This document shows, in pieces, positions 9,927 to 19,305 of a stretch of 64,000 nt of DNA. Both the position numbers and the translations under genes were made by a program. Below the pieces are notes generated by a model. That model ran no database searches and was not told the DNA's origin. It saw only the letters and a program-made list of their open reading frames with translations. How positions within the stretch are numbered: the first letter of the stretch is position 1; each line of letters opens with the position of its first letter. Origin of the DNA: a virus; the IMG/VR virus record IMGVR_UViG_3300044684_000278, positions 1 to 64,000 of that record; one strand, given 5' to 3'.

Positions 9927-12900
9927 GTTGCAAACTGATATACAAGGGTCAGGAGTTTGATTCTCCTGACCAACTCCTGGATTATGCCCAGGAAAACAGA
10001 ATAGAAGAAATCACCTCTGTACTTCCACTTCCTCTTCCCGTAAGGGATGATACCTACCTGCAGAAAGAGACTCAGGCTCCCATGCCCACTGACAAGGAGA
10101 TCAATCAAAAGATAGAGAGCTTCCTGGAGAAGATAGGTGTGTCCGTCCACAGTGTCCGGGAGATTCGGGACAGTGAGGGAAAGCGTATCAATGCCATTGC
10201 CAAGGCAGACATGCTTCATAAAGTAATTGAGGTGGTAGAAGACCGGGCGGATATTACAACCCTTCCCGAAGAAGCTGCCCACTTCTTTGTGGAGATGCTG
10301 GGCCAGGATCATCCTTTGCTCAAAGAGATGATGGGTAAGATCACCGGGTATAAACTTTACCCGGACATCGTTGCCCAGTACAAGGGGCAGAAAGCCTATC
10401 GTAATGATGATGGCACCGTCAACTTTGACAAGTTGAAGAAGGAAGCCATTGGTAAGCTCATTGCCCAGCATATCATTCAGCAAGAACGGGGAAGTGAGAC
10501 GGAGACGAAGCTCACTACGGCCATGACCTGGTTTCACAAGCTGCTGGACTTTTTAAAGAATCTGTTCTCTAAGGCTAAAGTACAGGACAACCCTTTCAAT
10601 GAGATTGCGGAAAAGATCCGTACTCAGAACACAGAAGACTTATTAACCTCAAACCTGAAACAGGAAGGTGAATTCTACCAGCTGGACCAGAGTCTGGAAA
10701 AACTAAACACAGATCAGAGCCGGATCCACCTGGATAACAGTATAGATCCTGTATCAGGGCAGAAGCGTCACGTCTATACTTATGACGGAGTGCAGGCCAA
10801 GGGTTCTGTTACGTCTGTGTATGTGGATGCCTGGAGCAAAAAACGTTTCCGCAGTGACAACAGATCCGAGCAGCAAAAGCTCATTGACCTGACCAAGGCG
10901 GAATACGGGGATGTGATCCACGCTGAGATGGAGAACATTGTAAAGAGCTGGACCAACGAGGACGGTACGCTCCGTGATGTGCAGGCTCCTCATGCTGTTT
11001 TATCCAATAAGGAGACCTATGATAAGCTAAGCCGCTTTGTCCTGGAGCTGATGAACCAGTATCCTCCCGGAACTATTTTCAAATCAGAGACCAAGGTCTA
11101 TGACAAGAAGACCCGTGTGGCCGGTTCCATTGACTTTTTGGCTATTCAGCCTGACGGTAAGGTGGACATGTATGACTGGAAGTCACAGGAGATCTCCAAG
11201 GGCCAGGATGACCTGAAGCATTATAAGACAGAGATGTACCGGATCCAGCTGGAGAACTATAGAAAGATCCTGGAGCTGGAATACGGATTCAAGGACTTTG
11301 GAAAGATCCGTGCTATCCCGATCCGTACTGCCTTCATCTATGACAAAGGCCAGATTGCGGGTCTGAAAGAAATTGAAATAGGCACTGTGGATCCATCCCT
11401 GATCCCTGAGGATAAGAACTATCTCTTACCGGTGACGCTTAAGAATGAGTCTACCGGCAACGAAGAGGTGGATGAGATGATTGAGAAGCTTCATGGTATC
11501 TATGATAAGATTGCCACCCACCGCTACTCCAAGGACGAACTGTACAAGAAACGGGAAGAGATGGCCAAACTGGGCAGCGCGATCCGTGACCTGCAGTTGC
11601 GTGGAACCGTGGACAAGCTGGTGGAGCTGGGCCTCATTGAGTTCAACAAGTATAATGAAAAGATCAAGTCCGGTACCCTGACAGGTAAAGACATCATGGA
11701 AGCAGAAAAGATCCTCCAGGTCTTCAATGACTCTGGTACTTATCTCTATGACATGATGCAGGAGCTGCACTCCTCTGCCAAGGAATCCGAAGAGCCTGGT
11801 GCGCTACAAGCATATGAGGACCTGAAGAACAAGTTCCTCTCCATGACTGCCCGTACCGGTAAGCTGATCTCTGATATAGCCAAGTATCGTGACCGGGAAG
11901 CACAGAAGCTTGCTCAGTCCAATGGTATTGAAAACCTGCTGGATGCGGAGAAGCCTGTGGGCCCGATCAATGGTTTGTTTGCAGCTCTGAGCAAGATCAC
12001 CCAGAAGTCATTCAGGACCTTCTCCAAGATGTTGCAGCGGGTACAGAACACCCGTGATGCCAAATTTGACAAGATGGGTGAAGAGCTTTCCGGTCTTAAA
12101 AAGACCATGGAAGACTGGGCTGCCAAGAAAGGTATCTCCATGAGCAAAGCTTTTGAGATGATGCTCAACACCAAGGACGGCAACTGGAATGGTAACTTCC
12201 TGAGTGTCTACCGGTCTGAATTCTACAAACAAAAAGAGCAGGCCATCAAAAAAGGTGACGTGGACTGGATGATTAAGAACCTGGTCTTTGATGACGTGCG
12301 TTATGAAGAGCAGGAGAAAAAACAACTAGAATTTCTTAAGTCCATGCAGTATCACCTGGATGAGCAGAAGAACGAAGAGACCATCAAGCAGAAGTTTGCT
12401 GAATGGAAGCTCTATAACAATGTGGTGGATCCTAAGGGAGGCATCAACCAGGTGGCTCTCCTGAACCCTGCCAATAAATTCTTAAAGCCCAAGGAAGACT
12501 GGCAGACCGACCAGTGGAGGGAACTCCAGAAGCCAGAGAACAAACCGGTAAAGGATGTCTATGATTACTTCCAGAAGATGACCCGTTACGCGGAAGGTCT
12601 GGGTATGCTGGACGAGTATTCTCCAGGATTTATCCCTTCCATCGGGGCTACCAAGATTGACCAGCTGGTCTTTGGGGATATAAAAGATCTGTTTTCCACA
12701 AAGGGTTTATTTGAGAACCTGGAAGTGGATTCAGGTACCAAGTACACTCCGGAGATTGACCCTACGGACGGATCCGTGATCAACCGTATCCCAGTTTATT
12801 TCACCAGGGACATGGGTGTCGAACAGGAAGATGGTACCTATGATTATTCCAAGAAATCCCGTGACCTGTTCAAGGTCTTCGGAATCTGGGGTGCCCATAT

Positions 12901-14557
12901 GTATAACTATGAGGCCATGCAGAACATAGAAGATGCTGCCATGGTTTTACTGGAGGCAGAGCGTAATAAGAAGTCCCTGGTAACGGACCGTTTCGGTAAC
13001 GTGATTATGGAGAATGGTAAGGTAAAGGCTGCTAATAATAATGACCGTAACGCCAGGCTCCTGGAGGACTTTGTAAACTTTTATCTCTATGATAAAGTGA
13101 ATGGATTGGGAAGTGATGTAAAGTTCAAGGTACCATTCAGTGACAAGGAATACAGCTTGACCAAGACAGTGACCAAGGCTATCCATTTCTTTTCCTTCAA
13201 GACGCTGGCCCTGAACCCGATCTCTGGTACTTCACAATTCGTGGGTGGTACCGGTAACGCCCTGTTCATGGCCAAGAAGGGCATCTTCTTTACCAGTGGT
13301 GACTGGGCCAAAGCTATGTACCAGTACAGCTCAAGGGATAAGAAGGCATCTGCAGCCATTCACTGGTTCAATCCACACCTGGAGGGTAACCAGCGTCATA
13401 TCATTGATGGCTTGTCTATTTCATCCGGGAACAGGATCCTCTCTGAAGATAAAGCCTTCTTTATCCAGCGTAAAGCGGACGAGGCCGTACAGAACCCGGT
13501 TGCCATTGCCATGATGAACAATCACATGATTGAGGATGGCAAGATCGTGGACATCACTCAGTACGTCAAGAGCAAGTATAACTATAACGAGACGTTTTAC
13601 AGGATGAGTGCCCAGGAAAGAAAGGATATTCAACAGAAGATTGATAAAGAAGTGGGTGAGCTCAAGGAGACCCGTAGTTTACTCAAGGTGGGTACAGTGG
13701 ACGATCATGGTCATTTCTCTCTCCCAGGCATTGATAAAGATAGTGAGGCAGTCTCTGAGTTCCGGAACAAAATAAAAGGCGTCTATAAAAAGATCATTGG
13801 TAACGTAAACCGGGATGACATCAACCATATCCGTACTACCATGCTGGGTATGTCCCTGATGCAGTTCCGTAACTGGATCCCGGACATGGTAGAGGAGCGT
13901 CTGGCCGGTCTGAAGTATGATGATTCCCTGGGAACTTACACTTACGGCAAGATGAATCTGTTCTTCTCCGAGGTATTCAGCAAGCGTTTCCCTGCCCTGG
14001 CTAAGAGTATCATAACCGGTTTTGGTGATGACGCAATCAAGGGGGCCCTACAGAAATACGAGGAGCTGAAACGCAGTGCCCTGGAGAAAGGTGAGGATTT
14101 TAACATCTCTGAAGGTGAATTCATAGACATGTATATCGGCAACATCCGCTCACAGATGCTGGAGCTAATGACAGTGATCGGATTTACTGCAGGTGTACTG
14201 GCAATGGCCGGAGGTGGAGGAAGCTCCAACGACCAGCTCAAAGGAGCAAAGAAGTATGCCAAGCGTGCCCTTGCTAAATACTACAATGAGTTTGCATTTT
14301 ATTATAACCCGCTGGAGTTTACCAACCTGGTTAAGTCACCGCTTCCTGTGGTGGGTCTTGCAGAAGACTTCTACAGGTTCAGCGGGGCCATGGCCAAACA
14401 AGGGTATGGATTTGCTACCAGCAATGATAAGATGATGAAGAGTGCCCAGCCAAGCAAATACTTCTTCCGGATGTTCCCGGTAACAAAAGAAGCCATGCTG
14501 ATGATGGCTGCCTATGATGACCAGTTCCGAAAGGACTGGAATATTAAACTGGATTAA
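9923..14557 (+). CDS. Large virion cargo/ejection protein with zincin-like and PD-(D/E)xK nuclease-like segments
   Basis: 1544 aa, ATGA-coupled to the vRNAP; LPEEAAH; GSIDFL...DMYDWKS...QLENY; hydrophobic stretch near the C-terminus. Confidence 0.75.
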   Translation: MSCKLIYKGQEFDSPDQLLDYAQENRIEEITSVLPLPLPVRDDTYLQKETQAPMPTDKEINQKIESFLEKIGVSVHSVREIRDSEGKRINAIAKADMLHKVIEVVEDRADITTLPEEAAHFFVEMLGQDHPLLKEMMGKITGYKLYPDIVAQYKGQKAYRNDDGTVNFDKLKKEAIGKLIAQHIIQQERGSETETKLTTAMTWFHKLLDFLKNLFSKAKVQDNPFNEIAEKIRTQNTEDLLTSNLKQEGEFYQLDQSLEKLNTDQSRIHLDNSIDPVSGQKRHVYTYDGVQAKGSVTSVYVDAWSKKRFRSDNRSEQQKLIDLTKAEYGDVIHAEMENIVKSWTNEDGTLRDVQAPHAVLSNKETYDKLSRFVLELMNQYPPGTIFKSETKVYDKKTRVAGSIDFLAIQPDGKVDMYDWKSQEISKGQDDLKHYKTEMYRIQLENYRKILELEYGFKDFGKIRAIPIRTAFIYDKGQIAGLKEIEIGTVDPSLIPEDKNYLLPVTLKNESTGNEEVDEMIEKLHGIYDKIATHRYSKDELYKKREEMAKLGSAIRDLQLRGTVDKLVELGLIEFNKYNEKIKSGTLTGKDIMEAEKILQVFNDSGTYLYDMMQELHSSAKESEEPGALQAYEDLKNKFLSMTARTGKLISDIAKYRDREAQKLAQSNGIENLLDAEKPVGPINGLFAALSKITQKSFRTFSKMLQRVQNTRDAKFDKMGEELSGLKKTMEDWAAKKGISMSKAFEMMLNTKDGNWNGNFLSVYRSEFYKQKEQAIKKGDVDWMIKNLVFDDVRYEEQEKKQLEFLKSMQYHLDEQKNEETIKQKFAEWKLYNNVVDPKGGINQVALLNPANKFLKPKEDWQTDQWRELQKPENKPVKDVYDYFQKMTRYAEGLGMLDEYSPGFIPSIGATKIDQLVFGDIKDLFSTKGLFENLEVDSGTKYTPEIDPTDGSVINRIPVYFTRDMGVEQEDGTYDYSKKSRDLFKVFGIWGAHMYNYEAMQNIEDAAMVLLEAERNKKSLVTDRFGNVIMENGKVKAANNNDRNARLLEDFVNFYLYDKVNGLGSDVKFKVPFSDKEYSLTKTVTKAIHFFSFKTLALNPISGTSQFVGGTGNALFMAKKGIFFTSGDWAKAMYQYSSRDKKASAAIHWFNPHLEGNQRHIIDGLSISSGNRILSEDKAFFIQRKADEAVQNPVAIAMMNNHMIEDGKIVDITQYVKSKYNYNETFYRMSAQERKDIQQKIDKEVGELKETRSLLKVGTVDDHGHFSLPGIDKDSEAVSEFRNKIKGVYKKIIGNVNRDDINHIRTTMLGMSLMQFRNWIPDMVEERLAGLKYDDSLGTYTYGKMNLFFSEVFSKRFPALAKSIITGFGDDAIKGALQKYEELKRSALEKGEDFNISEGEFIDMYIGNIRSQMLELMTVIGFTAGVLAMAGGGGSSNDQLKGAKKYAKRALAKYYNEFAFYYNPLEFTNLVKSPLPVVGLAEDFYRFSGAMAKQGYGFATSNDKMMKSAQPSKYFFRMFPVTKEAMLMMAAYDDQFRKDWNIKLD

Positions 14558-14589
14558 AAAAGAAAGGGGGATTTAGGTCCCCCTTCTTG
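14558..14589. terminator. Bidirectional intrinsic terminator between convergent blocks
   Basis: AAGGGGGA-TTTAGG-TCCCCCTT hairpin with an A-run on the left and T-rich sequence on the right. Confidence 0.75.
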
Positions 14590-14782
14590 TTCTGATAAGG
14601 ATAGTAAAAAACACAAGTCCAATACTGAACACGTTGTATTCGGCCAGGATGGGATGCCCGTCCTCGTTGAATTTGAGGGTGGGTACTCCGTTTGCATCCT
14701 TGGCCTCACTGATACGCTCCAGCTGATAGTCAAAACCAAAGAGAGATCTCTCCGGGTTTAATAGTTCAAATCGTATAATCAT
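14573..14782 (-). CDS. Small hypothetical protein
   Basis: Internal ATG (MIIRFEL) just after the stop of the upstream minus-strand gene. Confidence 0.55.
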   Translation of the reverse strand: MIIRFELLNPERSLFGFDYQLERISEAKDANGVPTLKFNEDGHPILAEYNVFSIGLVFFTILIRTRRGT

Positions 14783-14786
14783 AATC

Positions 14787-15242
14787 TTAGTTGTCAATGT
14801 TGAATGACACCTTGCCGATCCAGCAGTCCTGGTCCCAGCCCATATGCTTCTTAAAGCCGTTGATATAACCCTGGATGTTGGTAGCTCCAACAGGGTTGTG
14901 TGAATGCACCTGGCAGTAGTTAAGCTTCCACCCCAGTGACGGGTTGCTCTCAATATATTGACAGAGCCACTGGGCACAGTCCAGTCCTGTCTTTTCCCGA
15001 TAGGCATCATAGGAAGGGCTTTGCCAGCCCATGCGTGCAAGCTGGTCAAAGTAATCCTTCATATGTTCATCTGCCAGGTCATGATCAAAGGAGATCAGAT
15101 CCGGTATGCCGTTGCCCAGTATATAGTTCTGGAACTCTTCAAAGTTTCTTACGATCACCCAGGGCTCATAGCCGGGAAGGGTGACAGTTGGTGTACGCTG
15201 GTCATCCAGGTACAGGCATTTCTTTAGCTTAGTTTCAGCCAT
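14787..15242 (-). CDS. Cyclic-phosphate processing receiver (cREC/REC-like) domain protein
   Basis: LYLDDQRTP, ISFDHDL and VHSHNPVG motifs. Confidence 0.75.
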   Translation of the reverse strand: MAETKLKKCLYLDDQRTPTVTLPGYEPWVIVRNFEEFQNYILGNGIPDLISFDHDLADEHMKDYFDQLARMGWQSPSYDAYREKTGLDCAQWLCQYIESNPSLGWKLNYCQVHSHNPVGATNIQGYINGFKKHMGWDQDCWIGKVSFNIDN

Positions 15243-15658
15243 CTCATTATTGTTCTGAATTCATTAATTGATTTACACTCACCCTGGAATATACTTTCCT
15301 CGTTACCCACATCTACTGCATTGATAAATAACCTATGATCAGTGCCATAATGAATTCTTATTTTATAGGAGGTCCAACTTCCTATCTCAAAGCTTCCTTC
15401 TTTTTCAAACCACATATCAATGGTTCTCCCGGTATATGTCCATCCTTCAGCTTCTATCTGTCCTTTTGTTAGATAAGGCACACGAATCCATCCACTCTCA
15501 TAGCCCTTCTCATACACGGCACGGATAAACCGTGTTTCCTCAGCCCACAGACCAAAGGTTTCCTTCTTCCAGTCATCCCCTGTTCCAGGAGCATACTGCT
15601 CATACTCAAATCCGGGGTAGAAGTCTTTCAGTTCGGGTACGTAGTATTTATTCTCCAT
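15224..15658 (-). CDS. Hypothetical protein
   Basis: Tightly packed ORF with phage-like composition. Confidence 0.65.
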   Translation of the reverse strand: MENKYYVPELKDFYPGFEYEQYAPGTGDDWKKETFGLWAEETRFIRAVYEKGYESGWIRVPYLTKGQIEAEGWTYTGRTIDMWFEKEGSFEIGSWTSYKIRIHYGTDHRLFINAVDVGNEESIFQGECKSINEFRTIMRWLKLS

Positions 15659-15863
15659 ATGTTGTCTCCTTTTCACGGGGTACGATCATGCGGGCTTCCT
15701 GAACAGGTCCTCCATTAAGGGAGGCATAAATAGAAACCCATGAAGTAGGATCTCCCTGTTCATTCACGATATAGGCAAGAGCACCACAGCATGGTGTGGA
15801 TCCTACCCAGTTCTTGTACTGTGCTCTGCACACAGGGCACTCAATCCAGAAATCCTTTTTCAT
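15648..15863 (-). CDS. Small Cys-rich (zinc-ribbon-like) protein
   Basis: CPVC...PCC; start re-called at MKKDFW. Confidence 0.6.
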   Translation of the reverse strand: MKKDFWIECPVCRAQYKNWVGSTPCCGALAYIVNEQGDPTSWVSIYASLNGGPVQEARMIVPREKETTYGE

Positions 15864-16069
15864 TGTCCTAATTAAAAAAAATGAACACTTGAACCTCCAT
15901 AGGGCAAAATGCTTTCCTATAAGAGACCGTTTGAGCTTCACTGCCGTAAGAACAGTCACCTGAAAGTGACAGGCTGTTTGGGTTACGTACAGTGAGCCTG
16001 GAGGTCCGTCATTCCCGATGTGTTCGTGGCCGGGACATGGTCTTCCTCTTATACCCACACTTGGACAAT
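15862..16069 (-). ncRNA. Putative structured ncRNA or cis-regulatory leader with two pseudoknots
   Basis: At least six complementary helices found by eye; most G-U wobbles favour the minus strand. Confidence 0.6.
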
Positions 16070-16073
16070 ATTT

Positions 16074-16433
16074 TTATGTAGCAGTGGTATACTGCTGTAA
16101 GTGCTTTTCTAAAGCTTCAATTCTTTTTTGCTGGGCAAGTAAGTGATGGATCAGGTTGCCTATATCATTTTTGGCATCCTTTAGTTCTGTTTCCAGCTTT
16201 GCAATGAATCGTGGTTGTTCTGCCTTCATCACGGCAGTACTACCAGTGATATGATGCCCATCAATTACAATTGATGAATTGACAATATGGTCACCGGGAG
16301 AAGCCGCTATTACACCTAATGGATCACTTACAGGATCAAAAGGGGCCACAGTGACCCTGATCTCCATAGTCCTTTTCAGATAAGCAATGAGCTCTTCACT
16401 CAGGAAGAACTCAGGAATGTGTTTTTCACTCAT
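16074..16433 (-). CDS. Hypothetical protein with C-terminal coiled coil
   Basis: ORF in operon; heptad pattern. Confidence 0.65.
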   Translation of the reverse strand: MSEKHIPEFFLSEELIAYLKRTMEIRVTVAPFDPVSDPLGVIAASPGDHIVNSSIVIDGHHITGSTAVMKAEQPRFIAKLETELKDAKNDIGNLIHHLLAQQKRIEALEKHLQQYTTAT

Positions 16434-16654
16434 GCTGCAACGGCCTCTTTTCTTGTTAGTCTGACGGCTATCTCTTTTCCCAACTTGGGAGAGTGGATCC
16501 GTTCTTTGCTTTTACATCTTCTGGCTATGGTCTGCTGGGGAATACCCAGTCCGAAGCCAGCTCTTTTGTAATTATCATAGGTGGCTATGACCTGTTTACT
16601 ATCCACGTCATAGACCTTCACACACAGGTTTTCTTCTTTAAAGTCAGTAGTCAT
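16430..16654 (-). CDS. NUMOD1-like small DNA-binding protein
   Basis: VKVYDVDSKQVIATYDN..RAG..LGIP..TI.RRC pattern. Confidence 0.55.
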   Translation of the reverse strand: MTTDFKEENLCVKVYDVDSKQVIATYDNYKRAGFGLGIPQQTIARRCKSKERIHSPKLGKEIAVRLTRKEAVAA

Positions 16655-16671
16655 TAATTAGAGAAGTAAGC

Positions 16672-16705
16672 TCTACAAATGTAGAGAGTTAAAGGTTATT
16701 CTACA
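16672..16705 (-). promoter_or_regulatory. Bacteroidota-type promoter (-7 TACATTTG) overlapped by TCTACA boxes
   Basis: CTCTACAAATGTAGAG palindrome; matches TAnnTTTG on the minus strand upstream of 16654. Confidence 0.55.
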
Positions 16706-16717
16706 ATATCTTGTTAA

Positions 16718-16753
16718 TAAAAAAGGGGCACCTGTTTATAACAAGTACCCCTT
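16718..16753 (-). terminator. Intrinsic terminator
   Basis: AAGGGG...CCCCTT stem with a poly-T run on the minus strand. Confidence 0.6.
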
Positions 16754-16772
16754 CAGTTGGTATGATGTAGGA

Positions 16773-17024
16773 TCAGGACCAGGTCTCATCAAAGAGCTTT
16801 TCCAGGTCTGCTTTTATTTGCTTCAGTTCTCCGTTGGCTTCCAGGTTTTTGTTGATGCCTTTGAATACGGCTCTGGAAACGGAGCGGAACTTGACAAGTT
16901 TATCCTCCAGTTGTTTATAGGGCTCTTTGGCTACCTTCAGCTCATGAATAGCTACTTCAAGATTTTCCATCAGTAGTTCTGCATGGGCATAGGCATGGGT
17001 TAATGCTTTCTCTCCCGGCGTCAT
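16773..17024 (-). CDS. Hypothetical helical protein
   Basis: ORF in operon. Confidence 0.6.
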   Translation of the reverse strand: MTPGEKALTHAYAHAELLMENLEVAIHELKVAKEPYKQLEDKLVKFRSVSRAVFKGINKNLEANGELKQIKADLEKLFDETWS

Positions 17025-17422
17025 AAGGTATCATTTGGTAATATGGTGCCATTATTAAGCCCCTGACTCATCTTTTGCTCTATATATTGATGAAGAAACT
17101 CTCCCTGTTTTTGCATATCCATAGCTTTTCTACTCCAGTCCTGCAATGCCTTCTTTCCGGCATCTCTCAGGTTGCCTTTGTTAATAGCCAGCTCTTGTGC
17201 TAATACTAATTGTTGTCTTAAATTACTTACTGATTTGGCATTCAAAGCATCAACCAGGCTATGGGTATTCACTGTATTAGGATGAATGTTATCTACAACC
17301 TGCCACTGACCTTTAACTTCCTGTGGCAGCTTATCATCAATGGCTTTCTTTAAAGCTCTTAATTCCTCTTCAGTGGCTTTAGTGTCAATCCACTGAAGAA
17401 TTAGTCCTGTGGTTTTGTTCAT
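17021..17422 (-). CDS. Hypothetical protein
   Basis: ORF in operon. Confidence 0.6.
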   Translation of the reverse strand: MNKTTGLILQWIDTKATEEELRALKKAIDDKLPQEVKGQWQVVDNIHPNTVNTHSLVDALNAKSVSNLRQQLVLAQELAINKGNLRDAGKKALQDWSRKAMDMQKQGEFLHQYIEQKMSQGLNNGTILPNDTL

Positions 17423-17439
17423 AGAATACTGGATCTTGG

Positions 17440-18018
17440 TTACTTGGGCTGTTCTTCCTGGTGCATCTGCTTATACTTCTTGAAGACATCAGCAAAGCGT
17501 CCTGTCAGAACACCTCCTTCAGGGACATCAAACTTTGGATTATCCTCCAAACGGATGTTGTCAATAAGCTTTCCTTCTGAATTCACTCTGCTCCCCTCAC
17601 GGTACATCATCTTTACCTGGAGATCACTTTTTTCCTCACTTTCAAAGTAAGTGATCATGGCCTCCTGCTTGGGAAGATCTTTCCAGTTCTTGGGAAGCTC
17701 TGTAACACCATCCGGTGTTTTTCTAAGCCAGGCTTCGGAGCTCCAGGAAAAGCAGACAGGGATCATATTATTGTGAGCAGCAGCATCCAGGATACGGGGA
17801 GCAACACTTGAAAAAGCATTCTTTCCTGCCTCTGAGTTCATGATGTCAGGAGGCACCATGACATAGAAGATGGCAAATTTTTCAGTCCCCTTGTTATAGA
17901 CCAGCACGGTAATAACAGGGTCAATATAACCCTGTTCTACCATGATCTTGGACATGTACTCGGTGTGGCTGGCTTTAAACTGTTGGATCTGCTGATCAGC
18001 ACTTTCTTTTGTAAACAT
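17440..18018 (-). CDS. Hypothetical protein
   Basis: 192-aa ORF in operon. Confidence 0.7.
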   Translation of the reverse strand: MFTKESADQQIQQFKASHTEYMSKIMVEQGYIDPVITVLVYNKGTEKFAIFYVMVPPDIMNSEAGKNAFSSVAPRILDAAAHNNMIPVCFSWSSEAWLRKTPDGVTELPKNWKDLPKQEAMITYFESEEKSDLQVKMMYREGSRVNSEGKLIDNIRLEDNPKFDVPEGGVLTGRFADVFKKYKQMHQEEQPK

Positions 18019-18033
18019 GACTTTGAGTTTTTA

Positions 18034-18492
18034 TTAGCTTGTAGTGGTGCTGGTCTGCGTCGTGGAGGCAGAAGTAGCAGCCGGTGCAATCACCAGGCTG
18101 TCGTCAGGAGCTGGAAGCACCTCCAAGGTCCTGCTTTTGGAATTATACAACACGTAGGTTATAGGTTTGTTTTGAGCTTTTGCCCAGCTGATCTCCTGCT
18201 GTACACCAGAGGAGTTCTTGATCTTGTCATAGCCCCATGCTGCAGTGCCATCTCCTGCAAGGACCAGCACATAGAGTTCATCAGCCCAGTTTACGAACTG
18301 CTCATCCAGTGCCATCCATGTATCCTGGCTGTGTCCCATCACGCCTGCCTTGCTGATAGGGTAACCATGGGAAATAGGTGAGAACACAAAGAGGCCCTGG
18401 CCGATCAAAAATGAAGCTGCCTCATTTACCCAGGCATAACTCATAGGCTCAATGCCACTGAAGGGCACGGCTAAATAGACTTTTTTACTCAT
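18034..18492 (-). CDS. DUF1937 / nucleoside 2-deoxyribosyltransferase-like protein
   Basis: VYLAVPFS, VFSPISH and SSGVQQEISWA motifs. Confidence 0.7.
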   Translation of the reverse strand: MSKKVYLAVPFSGIEPMSYAWVNEAASFLIGQGLFVFSPISHGYPISKAGVMGHSQDTWMALDEQFVNWADELYVLVLAGDGTAAWGYDKIKNSSGVQQEISWAKAQNKPITYVLYNSKSRTLEVLPAPDDSLVIAPAATSASTTQTSTTTS

Positions 18493-19007
18493 AGTGGTAC
18501 GGATACTTGTTTGTTTATCAATAAGGGTTCTAATAGTTCAATACGGGTCCTCAGGTCATAAAGGGTCCCTGAGTTTGGAATAATAAAATCAGACATCTCC
18601 CAGATGTCAATGTTGAAAGAAGTAGCTGGCTCCAGCGGCTTACGCGGATCAAAGACTCCGATCACCAGGTCAAATACTCCCTGCCTCCTGCACTCCTGGA
18701 TCTCTTCATCATCCCTCATGCCTACGTACATGTCCCCGTTACGCATGATTTCTTTGGCAAGCCTTGCCCGGTCTACGCTGTTATACTCGCAGATCAGATC
18801 ATACCATTCATCCCGGTGGTTTACCCGGTCTTCATAGCACTGTTCCGGGGTGAGGTACCCGTACTTCTTCTTCAGAACATCAAACAAAAAGATCCTGGAA
18901 GCTGCTACAGAGGAACTCTCGTACCGGAATCCATAGAGCTCTTTCATTATTTCAGCAGTGGTGTCTTTACCATGCTGGGCATGGCCGATTAGCAGTATTT
19001 GTTTCAT
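18489..19007 (-). CDS. Deoxynucleoside monophosphate kinase-like P-loop protein
   Basis: N-terminal IGHAQHGKDT; GMRDDEE. Confidence 0.7.
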   Translation of the reverse strand: MKQILLIGHAQHGKDTTAEIMKELYGFRYESSSVAASRIFLFDVLKKKYGYLTPEQCYEDRVNHRDEWYDLICEYNSVDRARLAKEIMRNGDMYVGMRDDEEIQECRRQGVFDLVIGVFDPRKPLEPATSFNIDIWEMSDFIIPNSGTLYDLRTRIELLEPLLINKQVSVPL

Positions 19008-19017
19008 AAGGATTAGC

Positions 19018-19305
19018 TTATAGTTCTACAGTGGTGACCGGCTCATTATTCCAAAGCTGAGTGGAATGATCCTGGTACACTTCTACTGTAGCATGGTAAT
19101 TGTTTTCTTTAAGACTCATTCTCTCCTCAGACTCATCCAGGAGCTCATAGTCAAGGCCATTTTCCCATGAGTCCGGGAATTCTTTCTCAATAGCATCTTC
19201 AATAGTGTCTCCGTTTTTAAGATGCCCGGTGATCTTTTGAATATCTGCACCATCAGGGATATGATACCTGCCCCAGATAGTACACTTTACGTCAATGTGT
19301 GCCAT
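19018..19305 (-). CDS. Hypothetical protein
   Basis: ORF in operon. Confidence 0.6.
   Translation of the reverse strand: MAHIDVKCTIWGRYHIPDGADIQKITGHLKNGDTIEDAIEKEFPDSWENGLDYELLDESEERMSLKENNYHATVEVYQDHSTQLWNNEPVTTVEL

Noticed and set aside
15864-16058. GTG-started coding extension across the structured RNA region
   Set aside because: The translation has no protein-like features, a better ATG exists at 15863, and extensive base pairing explains the sequence.
15862-16069. Retron msr-msd or DGR template
   Set aside because: No reverse transcriptase is encoded in the window and no adenine-variable repeat pair was seen. It cannot be excluded outside the window.
16665-16690. CTCTAC-AAAT-GTAGAG resembles the Cas12a repeat hairpin (possible solitary-repeat RNA anti-CRISPR)
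   Set aside because: It lacks the AATTT 5' handle and is better explained as two TCTACA boxes over a TAnnTTTG promoter. No spacer array is present.
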